A stretch of 64,000 nt of DNA from Deltaproteobacteria bacterium (GTDB lineage Bacteria > Desulfobacterota > Binatia > UBA9968). The stretch spans positions 13,456 through 77,455 of the forward strand of contig VGTH01000021.1 of assembly GCA_016874755.1 (NCBI GenBank), read 5' to 3'. Positions 27,293-36,108 of the stretch are shown here, piece by piece. The translations under genes and the position numbers were made by a program. How positions within the stretch are numbered: position 1 is the stretch's first letter; every line of letters starts with the position of its first letter. The notes under the pieces were generated by a model. The model saw only the letters and a program-made list of their open reading frames with translations. It did no database searches and was not told the origin of the DNA.

Positions 27293-28408
27293 ATGGCGAA
27301 GCGCAAAACCAGCTACGAGTTCTGGTTGGCAGAAGAGGGTATCCCGGTCGTCGACGGCTACGGCGTCACCGACGTCAGAGAGTTGACGCTCGGTCCATGG
27401 AAACGCACCGGCGGCAAAGGCGCGTACATCGAGCTCAATGGCATGGAAGGCTTCACCGGCATGTACGTCGGCGAGATTCCGCCAGGCGGCGCGCTCCATC
27501 CCGAGCATCATCTTTATGAAGAGCTGATCTACATCATTGAAGGCGTCGGCGCGACCGAGATCTGGTCGCCAGGGGATGAGAAGCGCAGGATGCACTTTGA
27601 GTGGCAGCAGGGGAGTCTCTTCGCGATTCCGCTCAACACGCGCCATCGCCTGATCAATGGCAGTAAAGAACCGGTGTTTTTTCTCGCGGTCACCAGCGCG
27701 CCGCTGATGATCGACCTGCTGCACAATCTGCCGTTCGTCATGGGCAGCGATTACAAGTTTGGCGATCGCTTCGATGCCGAGAGCGATTACTTTGTGCCGA
27801 AAAACACTCGCAAAGAGTTGGGCGGCTTCATCAATTGGGAGACCAACTTCATCGCCGACGCCCGCGGCGCGTTGGTCGATCCGTCGGAAGCCAAGGGCTT
27901 CGGCGTGAAGATCACTTCCTTCGACATGGGCGGCAGCACTCTCGTGGGCCACATCGCCGAATGGCCGGTGGGGCGCTATCACAAAGCGCATTTTCACCAG
28001 GGCGGCGCGATTCTTTTGATCCTGCGCTCCGAGGGCTACACGCTGATGTGGCCGCAGGAAGCAGGCCTGCGGCCCTATCGCAACGGCTTCGCCGATAAAG
28101 TCGTGCGCGTCGATTGGCGCGAGGGCAGCGTGTTGAGCCCACCGAGCGGCTGGTTCCATCAACATTTCAACACCGGCAAAGAACAAGCGCGCCAGTTGGC
28201 GTTTCGCTATAGCGGCCAGTCGGGAAAATATCTGCTCGGCTGTTGGCGCGCCATCAACAAAGAAGGCGTGCGCACCAGCACCCGCGAGGGCGGTACGTTG
28301 ATCGAGTACGAGGACGAAGATCCGCAGATTCGGATCGATTTCGAAAACGCCATCAAAAAACTTGGCGTGCCGTCGGAAATGCCGCCGTTTAGCTACGCGG
28401 GGTTGTGA
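27293..28408 (+). CDS. Bicupin protein, paralog 1 (function unknown)
   Basis: 371 aa with two cupin barrels: PPGGALHPEHHLYEELIYIIEG, and YHKAHFHQGGAILLIL...WFHQHFN. Starts 2 nt after the UbiD copy 2 stop. Confidence 0.75.
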   Translation: MAKRKTSYEFWLAEEGIPVVDGYGVTDVRELTLGPWKRTGGKGAYIELNGMEGFTGMYVGEIPPGGALHPEHHLYEELIYIIEGVGATEIWSPGDEKRRMHFEWQQGSLFAIPLNTRHRLINGSKEPVFFLAVTSAPLMIDLLHNLPFVMGSDYKFGDRFDAESDYFVPKNTRKELGGFINWETNFIADARGALVDPSEAKGFGVKITSFDMGGSTLVGHIAEWPVGRYHKAHFHQGGAILLILRSEGYTLMWPQEAGLRPYRNGFADKVVRVDWREGSVLSPPSGWFHQHFNTGKEQARQLAFRYSGQSGKYLLGCWRAINKEGVRTSTREGGTLIEYEDEDPQIRIDFENAIKKLGVPSEMPPFSYAGL

Positions 28409-28420
28409 GGTGGAGAAATT

Positions 28421-28576
28421 AACCGCAAAAAGCGCAAAAGGCGCAAAATCGGAATCGGATTTATCTCGCGCAATGGCGCAAAGGACGCAAAGTTCGGAAT
28501 CTGGAATTGTCTCGCGCGGAGGCGCAGGGGGCGCAGAGATTAGGATCGACTGTAGGGGCGGGTCTGAGACCCGCCC
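28421..28576. repeat. Three tandem ~45-bp GCAAAG-family units plus a 9-bp-stem hairpin
   Basis: Units begin AACCGCAAAAAGCGCAAAAGGCGCAAAA, CTCGCGCAATGGCGCAAAGGACGCAAAG and CTCGCGCGGAGGCGCAGGGGGCGCAGAG. The hairpin is GGGCGGGTC-TGA-GACCCGCCC (28556-28576). Confidence 0.6.
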
Positions 28577-28589
28577 GCTGGACGAACTG

Positions 28590-29720
28590 ATGCACAAACA
28601 CCACTTTTTTGAGAAGGTCGCGGCCGTTGTCCTTTGGGTTATCTTTGTCCTCCCATTTGTTGCCTCTGGGCAAACGGCCAAGCCCAATTGGCAAGCGGAA
28701 TGGGACAGGACCATCGAGCTGGCCAAGAAAGAAGGCAGAGTCGTCGTCTCGATGCCGGCCAGCAATGAGCTGCGAGCGGCGATCGAGAAGTCTTTTGAGA
28801 AACGCTACGGCATCGACGTCGAGCCGTTGGTGGGCCGGGCTTCTACTCTAGTGCGCAAGATGATCGAGGAGTCGAAGGCCGGCGTCCGTTACACGGATCT
28901 GCACATGGGTGGGAGTGAGTCGATCGTTACCGGGATGCTGCCGGAAAACATCCTCGACCCGCTTGAGCCCCACATGGTGCTGCCCGAGGTGAGAGATCCC
29001 AAACAGTGGTGGGGCGGCCATATCTGGGTCGATGGCGCGAAGAAATTTATCTATGGCAGCTTGGCCTACCAGACCATCAGTCTGTGGCACAACACGCAGA
29101 TGATCAAAGCCGAAGAGGCGCGTTCCTTTGATGATCTGCTCGACGAAAAGTTCAAGGGCAAAATCGGCTATCTCGATCCGCGCACGCCCGGCTCCGGCGC
29201 CTCCATGTGGTCGTGGCTGCGCGAGATTAAAGGTGAAGAGTGGCTGCGCAAGTTTGCCGGCCAGAAGCTCGCGCTCAGCCGTGACCAACGCGTCCTGGCC
29301 GAGATCCTCGCCAAGGGTAAGCTCAGTGTCGCCATCGGCTTGACCTATTACTCCTATGCGCCCTTCGTCAAAGCCGGGCTGCCGGTCGAACCATTGTCAG
29401 TGCCTAAAGAAGGCGTCTATGTCAGCGGCGGCAGCGGTCACGTGGTCGCGCTCAAAAACGCGCCCCATCCAAACGCCACCAAACTATTCCTCAACTGGTT
29501 TTTGAGCCGTGAAGGCCAGGAAGTCTACACCCGGGCCATGCAGCAAGGGACGCGCCGCCTCGACGTCGACACGAAATCTCTGCGCGACGTGGGTGTGCTG
29601 GCGGCCAAGGATTACTTGACGCTGGAACAGTATTACAAGCGCGAGAATCAATCGGAAGACAAGATCACTCGTTTGCGCGAGCCCGCCGCCGCGCTGGCGC
29701 GGAAACTCCTCGATAGATAG
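28590..29720 (+). CDS. ABC transporter substrate-binding protein (same family as 7214)
   Basis: Start at ATG 28590 (MHKHHFFEKVAAVVLWVIFVLPFVASG signal). Family blocks WDRTIELAKKEGRVVV and GLTYYSYAPFVKAGLPVEP. Confidence 0.8.
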   Translation: MHKHHFFEKVAAVVLWVIFVLPFVASGQTAKPNWQAEWDRTIELAKKEGRVVVSMPASNELRAAIEKSFEKRYGIDVEPLVGRASTLVRKMIEESKAGVRYTDLHMGGSESIVTGMLPENILDPLEPHMVLPEVRDPKQWWGGHIWVDGAKKFIYGSLAYQTISLWHNTQMIKAEEARSFDDLLDEKFKGKIGYLDPRTPGSGASMWSWLREIKGEEWLRKFAGQKLALSRDQRVLAEILAKGKLSVAIGLTYYSYAPFVKAGLPVEPLSVPKEGVYVSGGSGHVVALKNAPHPNATKLFLNWFLSREGQEVYTRAMQQGTRRLDVDTKSLRDVGVLAAKDYLTLEQYYKRENQSEDKITRLREPAAALARKLLDR

Positions 29721-29745
29721 AGAGAATTCTTTGGGAGAAAAAGAT

Positions 29746-30861
29746 ATGGCGACTATCCGCTCGATGGCACAGATGTTTTTCTTGGCCATGGCTTTTGCCG
29801 TTGGTTTGCCTTCGCAGAGCGCGGCGCAGTCCAAGGCAGCTGAGTGGGACAAAATCGTCGAAGCGGCAAGAAAAGAAGGCAAAGTAGTCGCTTCGATACC
29901 GCCGACGCCGGAGCTGCGCAAGCTCATGGAAATCGCCTTTACGCGCCGCTACGGCATCGCCACGGAATTTGTTCCGGCGCGCGGCGGCGCGGTGGTCCAG
30001 CGCATTATCAGCGAAGCCAAGGCGGGCACGAAATATTTCGATCTTCACATCGGCGGTACGGAGTCGGTCGTAACCGGCATGTTGCCGGAAAACATTCTCG
30101 ACGAGGTCGATCCCTATCTGATTTTGCCGGAAGTGCGCGAACCCAAGCATTGGTGGGGAGGCCATATCTACATCGATAATGCCAAGAAGTACGTCTACAA
30201 CTTCGTCGCTTATCAGACCGTGAGCCTGTGGAGCGACCCCAATCAATACAAGCCGAGCGAGTTTAAGTCCTTCGACGATTTATTGAATCCTAAATTAGCC
30301 GGCAAGATCGGTATCAGCGACCCGCGCACGCCGGGGTCGGGCTCGTCCATGTGGTCGTACATGCACCACATCAAGGGTGAAGAGTGGCTAAAGAAATTTG
30401 TCGCGCAAAAGCTGTTCATCACCCGCGACCTGCGCTTGCTGGCGGAGAACTTGGCACGCGGAAAAATCGCCGTCACCTCCGGCATCGGCTATTCGGAGTT
30501 CCAGCCGTTCATCAAGGCCAATCTGCCGGTGACGCCGCTGCCGGTGCCGAAAGAGGGGCTTTATATCAGCGGCGGCTACGGTCATCTGACGATTTTAAAA
30601 AACAATCCGCATCCCAACGCGACGAAGGTATTTGTCAATTGGCTGCTCAGCCGCGACGGTCAAGAAACCTTTGCCCGCGGCATGGGCGTCGGCAGCCGGC
30701 GTCACGAGATCGATACCAAATGGTTGCGCGAGTACGGCGTCATCGCCGCGAAGGATTTTTTGCAGCCGGCGGAGTTTCACAAGTACGAAAATCAATCGGA
30801 GGAGAAGATTAACAAGATCCGAGAGCCGGCGGCGGCGTTTGCGCGGAAACTTCTTGGGTGA
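29746..30861 (+). CDS. ABC transporter substrate-binding protein (same family)
   Basis: Start at ATG 29746 with a signal peptide. Blocks WDKIVEAARKEGKVVA and FVNWLLSRDGQE. Confidence 0.8.
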   Translation: MATIRSMAQMFFLAMAFAVGLPSQSAAQSKAAEWDKIVEAARKEGKVVASIPPTPELRKLMEIAFTRRYGIATEFVPARGGAVVQRIISEAKAGTKYFDLHIGGTESVVTGMLPENILDEVDPYLILPEVREPKHWWGGHIYIDNAKKYVYNFVAYQTVSLWSDPNQYKPSEFKSFDDLLNPKLAGKIGISDPRTPGSGSSMWSYMHHIKGEEWLKKFVAQKLFITRDLRLLAENLARGKIAVTSGIGYSEFQPFIKANLPVTPLPVPKEGLYISGGYGHLTILKNNPHPNATKVFVNWLLSRDGQETFARGMGVGSRRHEIDTKWLREYGVIAAKDFLQPAEFHKYENQSEEKINKIREPAAAFARKLLG

Positions 30862-30967
30862 GCCCGCGCGTTGCGCGGCGCCCTCACCTGAATCCTCTCT
30901 CAGAGGGAGAGGAAGCGAGAATCGGCAGCGGTCGCAGTCTTATCGTACCTATCATGAGGTTCCACAC

Positions 30968-32437
30968 ATGGCATTTGCAGACCTGCGCGACTGGATTGAC
31001 GATCTCGACGAGCGGCGCGATTTAAAGCGCATCAGCGCCGAGGTCGACTGGGACGAGGAGATCGGCGCGATCACACGCGAAGTCTCATCCCACGAAGGGC
31101 CGGCGCTGCTATTCGAAAACATCAAAGGTCACGAAAATACCTTCTGCCATCGTCTGTTCACCAACGGTACCGGCACGCGCGAGCGGGTTTGCCGCTTTAT
31201 CGGTGTGCCGGAATCAACCTCCTACCGCGATATGGTGCCGATCTTCAAAGATCGTTTCTCCCGACCGGTGAAGCCGGTCAACGTCGCCAGCGGTCCGATC
31301 AAAGAAAATATCTTGCGCGGCAAGGACATCGATCTCGATCAGATGCCGGTGCCGAAATGGAATCCCCTCGACGGCGGCCGCTATATCATGACCTCGGCAA
31401 CGGTGGTCACGCGCGATCCCGACACCGGGGTGCTCAACGGCGGCACGTATCGCGGCATGATCACCGGTAAGAATACCATCGGTGTGTTGCTGGCGATGAC
31501 GCAGGGTTGGGGCAAACATTTCAGCAAGTACAAAGCGCGTAATCAGGAGATGCCGGTGGCGGTTGTCATCGGCTGGGATCAGACTCTGTTTCTCGCCGCG
31601 TCGACGCCGGTCAATTACCCCGAATACGAGATGGCTGGTTCGCTGCGCGGCGCCCCGGTGGAGTTGGTGCAGTGCGAGTTGAGCGATCTACTCGTGCCTG
31701 CCAGCGCTGAGCTGGTGCTCGAAGGTTATGTGTCGCCGGATCCGAAAACCCACACCCTCGAAGGCCCGTTCAGCGAGTATCCGGGTTACTACGGCGGCAG
31801 CAAATCGCCCAAACACACGATTCGCGTCGAATCGATCAGCTATCGCAACGATCCGATTTTTCACGGTTGCTTAACCGGGGCGAGCCCAGGTCGGACTAAC
31901 GAAGGGACGACCTGGACGCCGGCGACATTTTCGGCGATGGCCTGGCACTATCTGGAACAGGCTGGCGTGCCCAATATTACGGGAGTCTGGCGCGGCAAGT
32001 GGCCCGAGACCATGCGCGTGCAGATTCGTAAATCTCACCGCGGCCATGCCCAGCAAGTCGCCAACGCGCTGTGGGGTTGCCACCTCGGCAATTATGCCGC
32101 TAAGCACGTCATCGTCGTCGATGAAGATATCGACATTCACGACTGGGAAGCCATCGAGTGGGCGCTTTGCTATCGGGTTAACGCGGGGCTTGGCGATGTG
32201 TCGTTTTTCGCCGGTACCGGCGGCTCCATGCTCGATCCGAGCGTGCCATTGGAAGATCGCAATTCGGTGAAATATGGCCATGGCTCGTGGACGCGCATGT
32301 TGATCGATGCGACGATCAACTGGCAGCTCCAGCCCCAGGAGCAATACGGCGGCAACCGTTATCCGGCCGTCGGCACAGCCATCTCCGACCCCATGACCGA
32401 ACGTATCAAGCGACGCTGGAAGGAATATGGATTCTAA
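30968..32437 (+). CDS. UbiD-family decarboxylase, copy 3
   Basis: Start at ATG 30968 (MAFADLRDWIDDLDERRDL). Also carries DGGRYIMT and EGPFSEYPGYYGG. The ORF-track extension to 30632 overlaps the preceding SBP gene. Confidence 0.9.
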   Translation: MAFADLRDWIDDLDERRDLKRISAEVDWDEEIGAITREVSSHEGPALLFENIKGHENTFCHRLFTNGTGTRERVCRFIGVPESTSYRDMVPIFKDRFSRPVKPVNVASGPIKENILRGKDIDLDQMPVPKWNPLDGGRYIMTSATVVTRDPDTGVLNGGTYRGMITGKNTIGVLLAMTQGWGKHFSKYKARNQEMPVAVVIGWDQTLFLAASTPVNYPEYEMAGSLRGAPVELVQCELSDLLVPASAELVLEGYVSPDPKTHTLEGPFSEYPGYYGGSKSPKHTIRVESISYRNDPIFHGCLTGASPGRTNEGTTWTPATFSAMAWHYLEQAGVPNITGVWRGKWPETMRVQIRKSHRGHAQQVANALWGCHLGNYAAKHVIVVDEDIDIHDWEAIEWALCYRVNAGLGDVSFFAGTGGSMLDPSVPLEDRNSVKYGHGSWTRMLIDATINWQLQPQEQYGGNRYPAVGTAISDPMTERIKRRWKEYGF

Positions 32438-33545
32438 GTTGCCGTCGATTCAGCCGTCACTCAGAGCGAAGAGCCCCTATGAGCGCTTCGTCAGCGGTGA
32501 AGGCGTGCCGGTGGTTACGGACTTTGGTGTTTCTTCGATCCTCGCAGTCAAGATGGCACCCTGGCGCCGCCTGGGTTGTGACGGGGCTTACTTCCTATTC
32601 TACGGCTCCGACGGCGTGCTCGGCTTGTGCGCAGGGAAAATTCCGCCCGGTGGCACGACGCTTCCCGAACGCCACCTCTACGAAAAAATGATCTACATGT
32701 TTCAAGGGGAGGGCGTCGCCGAGTTTCAACAACGCGATCAGGTGCCGCGCAGTATTCTCTGGCGCGCCGGCAGTTTGTTTTCGCCGCCGCTGAACACGCT
32801 GCATCGGCTGATGAATCAGTCGGATCAGCCGGCGTTGTTTCTAGCGGTGACAACCGCGCCGGTGGCGCTCGATCACTATCGCAACGAGCAATTTGTTTTT
32901 CACAACGAGTTTTCGTTCAACGAGCGCTTCGATGGCGACCTGGGCTATTTCGAATCGCGCGATGGCCGCTTTCTCGGCTTGAGCCAGCGTGAATGGGTCC
33001 ACCAGTCCAACTTTATTCCCGACGTGCCGGCGCTGGCGCATCCCGGCGGCAGAAAGCGGCGCGTCAAGATCGCCCGGTTCGAGATGGCGAAGAATAGTTT
33101 GATCGGCCAACTGGTCGAGTGGCCGGTGGGACGCTATCGCAAGGCGCACTGCCGCAGCGGCGGCGTGGTGTTGGTGATTCTGCGCTCATCGGGGTATTCG
33201 CTCATGTGGCCGAGCCATCTGGGCACCCAGCCCTACAAGAATGGTTTGTCCGACCAAGTGGTGCGATTGGATTGGGCACCCGGCAGTGTTTTTAGCCCGC
33301 CGCCCAACTGGTTCCACCAACACTTCAACATCGGCGCGGAGCCGGCGCAGACCCTGGCTTTTTTTTGCGGCAGCGAAGAGTTTCCTCTCAGCCGGCGCAA
33401 TGACGGCGCCAACGCCGTGGCCAATCCCGGGAGCTTGCATGAGCTTCATGGCGACGATCCATCGATCCGCCGCATGTATGAAGATGAGTTGGCCAAGAAC
33501 GGTATCTTGCCAAAGCGTCGGACCGCCAACGCGATCGCCGAATAG
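32427..33545 (+). CDS. Bicupin protein, paralog 2
   Basis: 372 aa, colinear with 27293-28408 (PPGGTTLPERHLYEKMIYMFQG; YRKAHCRSGGVVLVIL; WFHQHFN). Overlaps UbiD copy 3 by 11 nt. Confidence 0.75.
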   Translation: MDSKLPSIQPSLRAKSPYERFVSGEGVPVVTDFGVSSILAVKMAPWRRLGCDGAYFLFYGSDGVLGLCAGKIPPGGTTLPERHLYEKMIYMFQGEGVAEFQQRDQVPRSILWRAGSLFSPPLNTLHRLMNQSDQPALFLAVTTAPVALDHYRNEQFVFHNEFSFNERFDGDLGYFESRDGRFLGLSQREWVHQSNFIPDVPALAHPGGRKRRVKIARFEMAKNSLIGQLVEWPVGRYRKAHCRSGGVVLVILRSSGYSLMWPSHLGTQPYKNGLSDQVVRLDWAPGSVFSPPPNWFHQHFNIGAEPAQTLAFFCGSEEFPLSRRNDGANAVANPGSLHELHGDDPSIRRMYEDELAKNGILPKRRTANAIAE

Positions 33546-33612
33546 CGCCAGCAAGCAGTGATTGACGAGTCGCGCCTTCCTCCGTATAACTGCGTAACAA
33601 CGCAGGTACTTC

Positions 33613-35361
33613 ATGAGTGAAAAATCCCAAGTCTTAGAACCCGCCGGCGTGTTGGAGCGGCCGGCGGTGCTCCGTTCGCGGTTCATTCACATGCCGCCGC
33701 CGTTGGTGATCGTGCTGATCGTGGTGGTGGGCTTCTTGGTGCTGACGCCGTTGTTCTTGATGATCCTCAATAGTTTTCAAACCGCCCGCCCCGGGCAGCC
33801 GATTATCTGGGGCATCGACGGTTGGATCAAAGCGTTTACCACGCCGGGCATCGTCAAGGCGATGACCAACACCGTGACGCTGGCGGTGACCCGGCAAGCG
33901 ATTGCGCTCTTGATCGGCGCTTTCTTTGCCTGGCTGGTGGCGCGCACCGATATCCCAATGAAGGGCACGCTGGAGTTTCTTTTCTGGCTCTCGTTTTTCC
34001 TCCCGGCGCTGCCGGAAACCATGGGTTGGATTCTCCTGCTCGATCCTAAGTACGGTCTGCTCAATCAGGGCTTGATCAGCACCGGCTTGATCAGCCAGCC
34101 GATCTTCAACATCTATTCCTTTTGGGGCATCGTCTGGGCCCACATGGGCGGCTCGGTCAGCGTCAAAGTCATGCTGCTAGCGCCGGCGTTTCGCAATCTC
34201 GACGCGGTGCTGGAGGAGGCTTCGAAGATTTCCGGCGCCAGCGGTGCCCACACGTTTTTTCGTATTGTCATTCCGGTCATGATGCCGGCGATTCTGGTGA
34301 CGACCATCTTAGGACTGATTCGCTCGTTGGAAGCTTTCGAGATCGAGCTTCTGCTCGGCACGCCGATTGGCTTGCAAGTCTACTCGACCAAGATCCATGA
34401 GTTAGTGACCTGGGAGCCGCCCCAGTTTGCTCCGGCCATGGCGCTCAGCACGGTGTTTTTAGGCGTGCTGCTGTTGATGGTTGCGCTGCAGCGTAAATAC
34501 ATTGGCAAACGCAGCTACGAAACGATTACCGGCCGTGGTTTTAGCATTCGTCCGACGCCGCTCGGTAAGTGGCGCTGGCCGGCGTTTTTTCTGGTGTTGT
34601 TCTTTGCGGTGTTCATTACGCTGGTGCCGACGACGTTGTTGGTCTTGGGCACGTTCATGAAGCTCTTCGGTTTTTTCAATATCGCCGAGCCCTGGACGCT
34701 GGATAATTGGCGCGCCACGTTGAGTGATCCCGTGTTGATGCGCTCGCTATGGAATACCTTGGCGATCGGTATCGGCTCCGGTCTTATCGGCGTGTTGTTT
34801 TTCTCGGTGATCGCTTACGTGGTGGTGAAAACCCGCTATGCCGGCCGCGGCCTGTTGGATTTTCTTTCCTGGCTGCCTTGGTCGGTGCCGGGCATTCTGC
34901 TCGGGGTGGCCTTGCTCTGGACCTTTTTGCAAACCAAAATCTTTCTGCCGATCTATGGCACGATCTACATTCTGATGATCGCCATGGTGATCAAAAGCAT
35001 GCCCTTTGGCACACAGATGATCAAAAGCGTCCTGATTCAATTGGGCACTGATTTGGAAGAGGCGTCGAAGGTCTGCGGCGCCACCTGGCTGCATACCTTT
35101 CGCCGCGTTGTCATGCCGTTAATCACGCCAGCGATGGTGACGGTCGCCTTGGTTGGGTTTATTTCCGCCGCACGGGACATCAGCACGGTGGTTTTGCTGG
35201 GCTCTGGTAAGTCGCGCACGTTGTCTTTGTTGATGCTAGACTTCGCCGCCGGCGCGGAATTCGAAAAGGCCACGGTGGTGGCGGTGATCATCGTCGCCCT
35301 GGTGGTGGGTGCCGCGCTCATTGCTCGCGCCCTGGGCGGACAAGTAGGCGTGCGCGAATAG
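33613..35361 (+). CDS. Fused two-domain ABC transporter permease (FbpB/ThiP-like)
   Basis: 582 aa with about 12 TM segments. Two EAA-like loops: LEEASKISGASGAHTFFRIVIP and LEEASKVCGATWLHTFRRVVMP. Confidence 0.85.
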   Translation: MSEKSQVLEPAGVLERPAVLRSRFIHMPPPLVIVLIVVVGFLVLTPLFLMILNSFQTARPGQPIIWGIDGWIKAFTTPGIVKAMTNTVTLAVTRQAIALLIGAFFAWLVARTDIPMKGTLEFLFWLSFFLPALPETMGWILLLDPKYGLLNQGLISTGLISQPIFNIYSFWGIVWAHMGGSVSVKVMLLAPAFRNLDAVLEEASKISGASGAHTFFRIVIPVMMPAILVTTILGLIRSLEAFEIELLLGTPIGLQVYSTKIHELVTWEPPQFAPAMALSTVFLGVLLLMVALQRKYIGKRSYETITGRGFSIRPTPLGKWRWPAFFLVLFFAVFITLVPTTLLVLGTFMKLFGFFNIAEPWTLDNWRATLSDPVLMRSLWNTLAIGIGSGLIGVLFFSVIAYVVVKTRYAGRGLLDFLSWLPWSVPGILLGVALLWTFLQTKIFLPIYGTIYILMIAMVIKSMPFGTQMIKSVLIQLGTDLEEASKVCGATWLHTFRRVVMPLITPAMVTVALVGFISAARDISTVVLLGSGKSRTLSLLMLDFAAGAEFEKATVVAVIIVALVVGAALIARALGGQVGVRE

Positions 35362-35591
35362 CGGGCGTTGTCGCCCAGCCGCTTGCTTGACGCTTCGCAG
35401 CGCACTCTGCTAACTTGTTATCTAGCAAAACGCTGGTTCAGCGAGTGCTTCTTGGCAAGTCCGAAACAAGTTATCCGCCTCTCCGGCGCGAATTAAGGAG
35501 TATCGCGTCTCCCAGCTTTAGGTGTTTTTCGTTGCCCGTGACGAGGATGCGTCTAAGGATACTAGGACGGTCCTAAAATGGTGGCAAGGTC

Positions 35592-35870
35592 ATGAAGACA
35601 TTAGCACTCTACGCAGTGGCAGCGATGTTGTACGTTGTCGGTGGGGCGATGATGAAATATTCCCTTGGTTTGACTCGCTGGCAACCGACGCTGGCTTTGA
35701 TCGGCGCCATCTCGATTGGCGCTTTGATCCAAGCCTGGGCCATGCGCCACGAGGACCTCGGGGCAAGTTACACCGTTGTGCTCGGCTTGGAAGCGGCTCT
35801 GGCTTTGGCAGCCGCGTTGTATTTTTTCGATGAACGGCTGACTTTCAAGGCCGCTACGGGAATCGTTTAG
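35592..35870 (+). CDS. Small DMT/SMR-like membrane protein, probably frameshifted at its 3' end
   Basis: 92 aa with 3+ TM segments. A -1 shift near 35864 continues as RLVLSGIVLLRVP* to 35905, which would complete a 4th TM segment. Confidence 0.4.
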   Translation: MKTLALYAVAAMLYVVGGAMMKYSLGLTRWQPTLALIGAISIGALIQAWAMRHEDLGASYTVVLGLEAALALAAALYFFDERLTFKAATGIV

Positions 35871-36108
35871 TCCTCTCGGGAATTGTTCTGCTGCGCGTGC
35901 CCTAGCAGGAATTGGCTTCTCCGCTATTTGATTCTCCAGCCATTGTCGCGATCGTCGTGGTGCGCCACATCGTGGTCGCCCCGGGTATCCGTCAGACGGT
36001 CGGTTAAGTCTTTGATCTTGGCCATCTGCAGGTCGGCCTCGGCGCGCAGCAAGGTCTATTTTGAAGACCAGCTGCCAATTTCGCTCTGCAGTCTGGTGTT
36101 CTCGGCAG

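Noticed and set aside
28421-28576. Tandem GCAAAG-family units as a possible CRISPR array
   Set aside because: There are only three degenerate ~45-bp units with no unique spacers between conserved repeats, and no cas genes in the window. Related single copies are dispersed in other intergenic gaps, so this is a REP/MITE-type family.
27287-28765. 492-aa minus-strand ORF, the longest of many long antisense ORFs (others include 2550-3305, 4601-5443, 15107-15775, 25965-26834, 48826-49569 and 56171-57205)
   Set aside because: Each lies antisense to a gene with clear family motifs. Their products are Arg/Ala/Gly-rich low-complexity sequence with no recognisable domain, as expected for the stop-poor antisense frames of GC-rich DNA.
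30632-30967. N-terminal extensions of listed ORFs (30632-30967, 28362-28589, 59084-59428, 54100-54300, 40939-41220, 62442-62618, 25629-25706)
   Set aside because: The extensions run through neighbouring genes or intergenic repeats, giving peptides such as AKSAKGAKSE or HEDAKITKF. Homology begins at internal starts that have plausible RBSs.
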